Origin: Candidatus Bilamarchaeaceae archaeon
GTDB taxonomy: Archaea > Micrarchaeota > Micrarchaeia > Anstonellales > Bilamarchaeaceae
Reading direction: 5' to 3'
DNA: 16,192 nucleotides
NCBI GenBank assembly: GCA_038851325.1
Contig: JAWCKZ010000015.1
Coordinates: 1-16,192 of the forward strand
Shown here: piece by piece, positions 7,593-14,051 of the stretch
Layout: each line of letters opens with the position of its first letter
Numbering within the stretch: the stretch's first letter is position 1
Position numbers and translations under genes: made by a program
The notes under the pieces: model-generated
Database searches by the model: none
The model's input: only the letters and a program-made list of their open reading frames with translations
What the model was told of the DNA's origin: nothing

Positions 7593-7893
7593 ACGGGATG
7601 CAGAGGCAAACACAAAAAAATGCACCTGGCATAGAAAAAAACAGTAACTGGAATTGCGAACGGACAGAAATAATTGTTGACGGCAGACTTTATAGAAGGT
7701 CTTTGATTTTGGTGGGGCTGATTTCGGTGAGACTGTGATGGAGTTCAAAACCCTGCGCAACTCTGAAAAACACCTGAGAACAGTTAATTTAACAGACCGT
7801 TATGATTTATAAAATATTTTGCTGAAACGTTCTCAAAAAGCAGAGGGGTTAGCTACTTGATAATAATGATATGTTTTTCAGGAGATGACAAAT

Positions 7894-8997
7894 ATGAGAA
7901 GGGAGGATGTATTTGGATTCGAGAAGGTTATAGAAGTATACGATGAAAAGACGGGGATGCAAGGCGTTTGCGTCATCCATAACACAGCACGCGGTCCTGG
8001 GAAAGGAGGAATAAGGATGGTGCCAGATATAACAACCGAGGAAGTCATGGGGCTTGCGCGCGCAATGACGTGGAAGAATGCTATGGCAGATTTGCCTTTT
8101 GGAGGAGCAAAGAGTGGTATAAAGGCAGACCCAAAGAAGATGAATCAGAATGAAAAGGAGAGGATTGTGAGGGCATTTGCAAGAAAGATCGCAAAGCTCA
8201 TGCCAGAAGAGTATATAGCAGGACCGGATATGAACATGAGCGAAACTGAGATGGCTTACATCGCTGATGAGCTGAAAGACCCTCGCGTGGTTACAGGAAA
8301 GCCTATGGAGCTTGGTGGATTACCGCACGAACTTGGAAGCACGGGCTATGGGGTTGCGCTTGCAACAAAGGTTGCAGTTGAACACTCTGGAAAACATCTT
8401 AACGGAATGAAGGTCGCAATAGAAGGATTCGGAAATGTTGGAACATTTACGATGAAGTTCCTGACGGAGATGGGCGCAAATGTTGTTGCTGTTTCAGATT
8501 CAAAGGGAACTGCTTACGACGAGCATGGCCTTGATTACGAAAAGATGATGAAGGTAAAAAGCGAGAAAGGAACGGTGACTGCATATGGTGGGCGTGTCCT
8601 TGGTGGTGAAGACCTATTCAAGCTTGACGTCGATATTCTTATTCCTGGTGCAAGGCCGAATGTGATAACAGAAAAAAATGTAAATGAAGTAAAGGCAGGA
8701 TATATAATAGAAGCAGCAAACCTGCCGATTCCGCACGCGATCGAAAGAGTTCTCGAAAAAAAAGGTGTCGTTATCATTCCAGATTTCGTTGCAAATGCTG
8801 GTGGTGTGATAAGCTCCTGGTGCGAAACTGCTGGTTTGCAAGAAGAAACAATGTTCAGCATTGTAAGAACAAAAATAAGCGCAAACACGAAGATTATGTT
8901 GGAACGCGCACATGATGGCGACACACGAAAAGCAGCAATGGAGATTGCAAGAGAACGTGTCGAGAAGGCAATGAGATACCGCGGTTGGCTGGAGTGA
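7894..8997 (+). CDS. gdhA: Glu/Leu/Phe/Val dehydrogenase (glutamate dehydrogenase-like)
   Basis: Motifs GPGKGGIR, MTWKNA...FGGAK, GPD, VTGKP, GFGNVG, EAAN, PDFVANAGGVISS. GGAG at 7881-7884 favours ATG 7894 over 7885. TATA-like TTTATAAAA at 7806-7814. Substrate assignment is uncertain. Confidence 0.85.
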   Translation: MRREDVFGFEKVIEVYDEKTGMQGVCVIHNTARGPGKGGIRMVPDITTEEVMGLARAMTWKNAMADLPFGGAKSGIKADPKKMNQNEKERIVRAFARKIAKLMPEEYIAGPDMNMSETEMAYIADELKDPRVVTGKPMELGGLPHELGSTGYGVALATKVAVEHSGKHLNGMKVAIEGFGNVGTFTMKFLTEMGANVVAVSDSKGTAYDEHGLDYEKMMKVKSEKGTVTAYGGRVLGGEDLFKLDVDILIPGARPNVITEKNVNEVKAGYIIEAANLPIPHAIERVLEKKGVVIIPDFVANAGGVISSWCETAGLQEETMFSIVRTKISANTKIMLERAHDGDTRKAAMEIARERVEKAMRYRGWLE

Positions 8998-9000
8998 TCC

Positions 9001-9012
9001 TTTTTAATTTTT
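9001..9012 (+). terminator. Oligo-T archaeal terminator candidate after the dehydrogenase
   Basis: TTTTTAATTTTT starting 4 nt after the stop codon. Confidence 0.45.
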
Positions 9013-9070
9013 ACCAGTAAAAGAAAAGTAGTTTTAAATAGTTTTTTGTGTATATCATTATTTGGTTAAT

Positions 9071-11206
9071 ATGAAAAGAATCTTATACGATAAAACACTA
9101 AAAGATGAGACCTCTAAATCGCAAATCAGATTATTATCTTCAAAACTTAAGAATGCTGTCTTAATCACGAGTATAGTTAGTGCTCTTCCACTGACAAATG
9201 CTAAGTGTGCGAGCACCAGCACTTCAACAAAAAGTAAAGTGGCTACGGTGGTCTGCAGCCTTGGAATAGGCAGTGGGATGGCTGCGGGTGGCGTTGGGGG
9301 ATATTATTTGTCGTCAAAGTATTTAACAAAAGATTTAAATAACCCGGCGGCGGTTCTCAGTATTGCGCTAGGGGCTGTAGGTGGTGGAGCCGCAGGTTTG
9401 CTTTTTTGCATTCCAGCTACTAAGATAAAGAAGGAAAAACAACCTGAGAAAATCGATAACAAAATAATTGCTAATGAAACAACCGAAATAACCCCTGAGA
9501 AAATTGATGTGGAACAGTGGCTAAAAGAAAAATACGGGAAAAGTATCAAAGAAGGAGGAGGGTGGGAAGAATTACCTTACGAGGAGCTTTCTTTCTCTAC
9601 AGGAATAGCTGGGTTTGAACCAGTTTTTGGTACGTCTGGCGAAGTACGCTGCCAGACTGTGAATTACCATTCCTCAGAAGCTGCAAAGTATAATATAGAA
9701 GCCAAGGATGATGGATTTATCTTTTTTGCAGGGTGGAGTGATGAGACAGATAAAATTGCAAATCTATATGCCTTAATTTATATTGGTAAAGATGGAGAGA
9801 AGACTGTTTTAATTGCGAAGGAGGACAAGAAAAAAAATAATGGAATAGAATCTAGCTGGATAGTAAAACTGGACAAGCTTGCAGAGGCATATAAAGAGAG
9901 CACAGGAAAAGAGCTAGAGTATGCATTTGCGGTTCCAGATCATGGGATTGACAAAAAGATAGGTAAATATGCCAGGTTTTTCATAATTCCTGTTGAAACC
10001 TTCGAAGATGTTAAGGACGGAAAAGGGATCAAAAAGGGTACACCCATAATAAGAATTACGTATGTCGTCAATGAAAATGCGGTATACTCAAATGATGATG
10101 AACCGCTCTACCTTTCTTTTGATAATGATTCTATTATAAAGGAATTGGGCGTGGAACACAAAGAAAAGAAAAAAAAGTGTACCGAGAAAGATAAAGAAGA
10201 AGTTTGGAAAAAAGTTGAAAAGAAAATAAAAGAAAATGATATGATTTTCACAGTAGCTTCGCATATAATATACTCGGAGGATTTCATAAAAATAGTGGGA
10301 GAAAGTCTTGAATCCGAAACTCCGATTACTACTGATGAGGAAGGACCTTTAACGGTAGTCCCACTTATCCCGCCGGCCATAAAAAGTAAAGGAATAATTT
10401 ATAAAGAGATGAAAAAGAAGCTAAAAGAAATGATAGAAACGTGGTATATAATTAAAGCGCTGGACTCCTTTATACTGGCTGTCAAAGACATTACAGAATC
10501 CTATGCTTACGAAGATGAAACAAGGCTTCGTATCGCACTTGGTTCATTCGCTCTAACAATCGTCTCTAAACAGGAGGATGCTATTAAAAAGATCCTTATA
10601 TACAGTAGCGCTCTCAGAGCACTCGTAAAAGAGTATGCCGAAAAGAATAACACAAATATGATGAAAGCAAAGGAAGAGCTTTTCGCAAATCCTATTTTCT
10701 TCGAGCTTTTTTCCTCTAGTATAGAGACTGATGATTATAACAAAGAACTTGAAATGCTGTTAAGAGAAAGAGTTGGACTTCCTATGGATAAAAACACAAT
10801 AGATAAAGACGTAGCTAACGAATTCGGATGGATTGTAAACAACGGCCTCTCATATAGCCCCACGCCCTCTATCATTAAAAATGCAGCTGTTAAGCTTGCG
10901 GAAGAGAACAGATATATACGGGGCGCTGTCAAGGACGTAGTAAAGAAACATGCAGAAAAGATCGCTAAAATAATTCTCCATATGAAAGCCGGTGGGATGC
11001 TAAAAGAGGTAGCAGATAAAGAAATTGAAAAAATGAAACCATTTTTGGAAACGTTTATTGGTAAGAGTGCTACTGAGATTTTATTGAAACGATTCAACAG
11101 CGAGGGGTTTACATCTGAGGAAATGAAAAGTAAGCAAATCGATTTTATAATAGAAAGAGGGATAGAAAAGCAATGGGGTTTGGGGACACAAAATAAGATT
11201 AAATAG
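9071..11206 (+). CDS. Hypothetical membrane/exported protein, 711 aa; fusion of homologues of the 13148 (A) and 14052 (B) proteins, with a Gly-zipper hairpin
   Basis: Start at ATG 9071 gives MKRILYD, which aligns with MKRLLYD of 13148. TATA TTTTAAATA at 9032-9040. Clear paralogous blocks to both downstream genes. Confidence 0.85.
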   Translation: MKRILYDKTLKDETSKSQIRLLSSKLKNAVLITSIVSALPLTNAKCASTSTSTKSKVATVVCSLGIGSGMAAGGVGGYYLSSKYLTKDLNNPAAVLSIALGAVGGGAAGLLFCIPATKIKKEKQPEKIDNKIIANETTEITPEKIDVEQWLKEKYGKSIKEGGGWEELPYEELSFSTGIAGFEPVFGTSGEVRCQTVNYHSSEAAKYNIEAKDDGFIFFAGWSDETDKIANLYALIYIGKDGEKTVLIAKEDKKKNNGIESSWIVKLDKLAEAYKESTGKELEYAFAVPDHGIDKKIGKYARFFIIPVETFEDVKDGKGIKKGTPIIRITYVVNENAVYSNDDEPLYLSFDNDSIIKELGVEHKEKKKKCTEKDKEEVWKKVEKKIKENDMIFTVASHIIYSEDFIKIVGESLESETPITTDEEGPLTVVPLIPPAIKSKGIIYKEMKKKLKEMIETWYIIKALDSFILAVKDITESYAYEDETRLRIALGSFALTIVSKQEDAIKKILIYSSALRALVKEYAEKNNTNMMKAKEELFANPIFFELFSSSIETDDYNKELEMLLRERVGLPMDKNTIDKDVANEFGWIVNNGLSYSPTPSIIKNAAVKLAEENRYIRGAVKDVVKKHAEKIAKIILHMKAGGMLKEVADKEIEKMKPFLETFIGKSATEILLKRFNSEGFTSEEMKSKQIDFIIERGIEKQWGLGTQNKIK

Positions 11207-11216
11207 CTTCTTAGGG

Positions 11217-11380
11217 TGTTGCGAATTGCTATGTTTACTTATGAACGCTCGTCACGCAGCAAGGCTATCGCTCGCTTTTCTTTTTAATACTAACATGGTT
11301 TTCTTTAGGGTAAGTTGAGCGTTCCCTGCGTTTGCGCAGTCTTATCATGTCAGTCTTATTCTACGAGATAGTTTGCAACA
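11217..11380. mobile_element. Possible MITE-like or structured non-coding element (164 bp)
   Basis: Imperfect terminal inverted repeats TGTTGCGAATTG(11217-11228)/TAGTTTGCAACA(11369-11380). Internal GAACGCTC(11243-11250)/GAGCGTTC(11317-11324). Hairpin CTGCG-TTTG-CGCAG(11326-11339). No clear target-site duplication. Confidence 0.35.
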
Positions 11381-11386
11381 AAGGTA

Positions 11387-11419
11387 GAACGGAACGAGCG
11401 AACGTTTATAAAGTTTTGA
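11387..11419 (+). promoter_or_regulatory. Promoter motif shared by both acylphosphatase-coiled-coil genes, copy 1
   Basis: GAACGGAACGAGCGAACGTTTATAAAGTTTTGA with TATA TTTATAAA at 11405-11412. 29 of 34 aligned positions are identical to 12362-12395. Confidence 0.72.
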
Positions 11420-11451
11420 GCGCATAGAGTGGGTATAACTGGTGCATACCG

Positions 11452-12222
11452 ATGACATCAAGGTTTAGAATAACAGTTTATGGCCGTGTCCAGCGCGTAG
11501 GTTACAGGGATGCGGTTGCAGAAATAGCTAGAAAACTTAATCTCAAGGGAAGTGTGAAAAATCTGGAGGATGAGGTTTCTGTTGAAATAATAGCTGAAGG
11601 GGAAGAAAAACAGCTTGATGAATTTCTGAAACTCATTCATATCAAGCGATACCCAATAGAAGTTGAGAAGATAGATGTCCACAAAGAGAAGCCGACCGGT
11701 GAATTCAGGTATTTCAAGATAGTGAGGGGAGAACCTGATGAGGAAATAGGTGAAAGACTGGATGTTGCCGGGACTCTGCTTTATAAGTCATTAGAAAAGC
11801 AGGATAAAACACTAGAGAAGCTGGATGGATTACTGGAAAAACAGGATAAACTATTGGAAAAGCAAGATAAGCTATTGGAAAAACAGGATAAACTATTGGA
11901 AAAACAGGACAAGCTATTGGAAAAACAGGATAAACTATTGGAAAAGCAAGATAAGCTATTGGAAAAGCAAGATGAGCTATTGGAAAAACAAGATAAATCA
12001 TTAGAAAAGTTGGATCAATCATTAGAAAAGCTGGATCAATCACTAGAAAAACAGGACAAATCATTAGAAAAACAGGATGGAATAATCCAGGAAATAAAGA
12101 GCATGAAAACAGAGATGGTCACTAGGTTCGACCTCATGGAAAAGAAATACGGCAAGATATCAGAAGCACTGGAAAGGATATCTGTTGCCCTTGAAGTTCT
12201 GGCAGGTTTAAAGCCGAAATGA
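11452..12222 (+). CDS. Acylphosphatase-domain protein with a long heptad-repeat coiled-coil C-terminus
   Basis: N-terminal ~90 aa have GRVQRVGYR and GSVKNLED...VEIIAEG, so the catalytic Arg and Asn are kept. Then (LEKQDKL)n repeats and RFDxxExKYxxIS...LKPK. Confidence 0.9.
   Translation: MTSRFRITVYGRVQRVGYRDAVAEIARKLNLKGSVKNLEDEVSVEIIAEGEEKQLDEFLKLIHIKRYPIEVEKIDVHKEKPTGEFRYFKIVRGEPDEEIGERLDVAGTLLYKSLEKQDKTLEKLDGLLEKQDKLLEKQDKLLEKQDKLLEKQDKLLEKQDKLLEKQDKLLEKQDELLEKQDKSLEKLDQSLEKLDQSLEKQDKSLEKQDGIIQEIKSMKTEMVTRFDLMEKKYGKISEALERISVALEVLAGLKPK
11791..12084 (+). repeat. In-frame tandem repeat, 14 x 21 bp (consensus TTGGAAAARCARGATAARCTA, LEKQDKL)
   Basis: Contiguous units without spacers: LEKQDKT, LEKLDGL, 6x LEKQDKL, LEKQDEL, LEKQDKS, 2x LEKLDQS, LEKQDKS, LEKQDGI. 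Confidence 0.96.
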
Positions 12223-12361
12223 AAAAGCATCGAAAATGGCCGCGCTGAAAAACAAACTCGCTGCAGTCTCGATTGAACAAGAGAGTTGTTATTTTAGTGA
12301 GATGAACGAGAAGGAGTTTGGTTTGATAAACGATGATGGAGGCAAGTTCGTTACACAGCCC

Positions 12362-12395
12362 GAATGGAACGAACGGACGTTTATAAGGGTTTTGA
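12362..12395 (+). promoter_or_regulatory. Promoter motif shared by both acylphosphatase-coiled-coil genes, copy 2
   Basis: GAATGGAACGAACGGACGTTTATAAGGGTTTTGA with TATA at 12380-12386. A GGTGC SD-like site precedes ATG 12420, as in copy 1. Confidence 0.72.
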
Positions 12396-12419
12396 ATTGT
12401 AAATATTTTAGGTGCGAAG

Positions 12420-13025
12420 ATGAAAACACTGAAGATTATTGTAAGAGGCCGTGTGCAGAAAGTCGGATACAGGCGTTTAGTTGATGAAATAGCATTTGAT
12501 CTGGGCATAACTGGGTATGTTAGAAATTTAGAGGATAAAAAGACTGTGGAAATTATTGCCCAGCATGAGAATGATGCTATTCTTCATAAATTTGTAGAAC
12601 GAATAAAGATAACTGACTATCCTATCCGTGTAGATAAAGTGGAAAGCAGCGAGATGACAGAGCCAGTAAGATATGCTGAATTTGAGGTTATTGAGGGCCC
12701 AATTGAAATTGAAAACCGTGAGAGCTTGGAAGCAGGAGCTATTTACATGAGAAAACTGGCCAATGAAATGAGAAAACTAACTAATGACACGGGAGATGTA
12801 AAAAATGAAACGAAGGATATGAAAAATGAAATAAAAGTGGAGCTGAGAGATACAAGAGTAGAGCTAGGCGGTAAGCTTGATCATCTTGCAACTGAGATAA
12901 CAAAGAGATTTGACACAGTGGATGTGAAATACGACAGAATATCCCAGAAACTGGAAAAGCTTGACAGGATTGCTGATTCCCTAGAACGTCTCGTTGCAAT
13001 CTTAGAAGCATTCAAGCCGAAATGA
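12420..13025 (+). CDS. Second acylphosphatase-domain protein with a coiled-coil C-terminus (paralogue of 11452)
   Basis: GRVQKVGYR and GYVRNLED..VEIIA, a shared YPIxVxK motif, and C-terminal RFDTVDVKYDRIS...FKPK. Both genes end AAGCCGAAATGA. Confidence 0.9.
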   Translation: MKTLKIIVRGRVQKVGYRRLVDEIAFDLGITGYVRNLEDKKTVEIIAQHENDAILHKFVERIKITDYPIRVDKVESSEMTEPVRYAEFEVIEGPIEIENRESLEAGAIYMRKLANEMRKLTNDTGDVKNETKDMKNEIKVELRDTRVELGGKLDHLATEITKRFDTVDVKYDRISQKLEKLDRIADSLERLVAILEAFKPK

Positions 13026-13147
13026 TTTACTGTACCGGTAAACTAACTCCTAAAAAGATTTTTTCATGCTTTTTCTTCGTCGTAAATTCTATCTGACTAT
13101 AAAGCTTTAAAACATCTTCTATGCACAATTAATATAGGGGTGAATAT

Positions 13148-14026
13148 ATGAAAAGACTTTTATATGATAGGATACCCCAAGAAGTTCATATTCTTAGATC
13201 TCCAGTAAGACCTTTATCTTTAAGACTCAATAATGCTGTCCTTCTGACAGGGATAGTTGGTACTGTTGGAGCCTGTGCTAGTGAGCTACCTAGCGTAAAG
13301 GTTGCCAGCCTTGTTGATATTCCTGTTGCAAGCCAGAATGAAAAGTCTCAGAAGACTATACTAGTCACACCTGATATGAATAAAATTTCAGACTCAAATA
13401 AAACAGAGGGAAAAAAGGTCGCCAAGGTAAGCTGGTTGAAAGACAAGTTGAAGAAGAATGTTGGACCATCTGGATGGCAGCAGATCCCGGACATGCTGGA
13501 GGGTGCACTGTATACTCCTGATGGATTGTTTACATTTATGACTGACTATAACCAAGCCAGTACGAAAACTTTTCACTTGGAGATTGCTTATACACCGCAA
13601 AAAGTAATTAAATTACAGAATGGGGCACTAATTGGTGGTTTCATTCTTATTCCTTCGAAAGAATGTGTTAAGAAGATAACAGCAGGAGCGAGTATTCATG
13701 TAGTTAAAGATAACGTTCTGATCGGTTCGTGGGAAATACCTTTCGATAAACTTGCAAAAGCTTACAAGGAAAAAACAGGCAAAGATCTAAAGTATACGAT
13801 TGCTGTTGTTGACCATGATAGTGACGATCAAGGGGAATACGTTGCATTTTATATAATCCCAGCTGCTTCTTTCAAGGATGTGAAGGAAGGAAATATTGAG
13901 CCAAATATTCCAGTATTATACATCTTCTATGATGCAGTAAAGAATGGTTTGGGTTCAAATAATGATGAACCATACTACATAACTTCCTCTGACAAAGAAG
14001 ATCTTGCAAAAGTAGTAAACTATTAA
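13148..14026 (+). CDS. Hypothetical exported/lipoprotein-like protein (family A), 292 aa
   Basis: TATA TTTAAAA at 13106-13112 and SD GGGGTGA at 13137-13143. Leader ends NAVLLTGIVGTVGA-C43 (lipobox-like). Paralogous to the N-terminal half of the 9071 protein. Confidence 0.85.
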   Translation: MKRLLYDRIPQEVHILRSPVRPLSLRLNNAVLLTGIVGTVGACASELPSVKVASLVDIPVASQNEKSQKTILVTPDMNKISDSNKTEGKKVAKVSWLKDKLKKNVGPSGWQQIPDMLEGALYTPDGLFTFMTDYNQASTKTFHLEIAYTPQKVIKLQNGALIGGFILIPSKECVKKITAGASIHVVKDNVLIGSWEIPFDKLAKAYKEKTGKDLKYTIAVVDHDSDDQGEYVAFYIIPAASFKDVKEGNIEPNIPVLYIFYDAVKNGLGSNNDEPYYITSSDKEDLAKVVNY

Positions 14027-14051
14027 AATTCTTCTTTTTCTATCTTAATGC

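Noticed and set aside
7705..7770. tRNA-like GTTCAAA (T-loop-like) sequence
   Set aside because: The flanks do not form a T-stem, and no acceptor stem or cloverleaf can be built.
11714..12064. Minus-strand 116-aa repetitive hydrophobic ORF (YPVFPIA repeats)
   Set aside because: It is the antisense shadow of the LEKQDKL repeat and has no independent start signals.
11791..12084. Repeat array as a CRISPR array
   Set aside because: The units are contiguous 21-mers with no unique spacers, lie in frame within a CDS, and vary mainly at synonymous sites. No cas genes are present.
12236..12484. 82-aa ORF between the acylphosphatase genes
   Set aside because: It runs through the conserved promoter motif and overlaps the next gene by 65 nt. 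It has no SD and no recognisable motif.
14027..14051. A and B as one frameshifted or pseudogenised gene, or a programmed frameshift
   Set aside because: There are stops in both frames (14024-14026 and 14046-14048), a T-rich spacer and a separate TATA-like site. B also has an N-terminal stretch not evident in the fusion.
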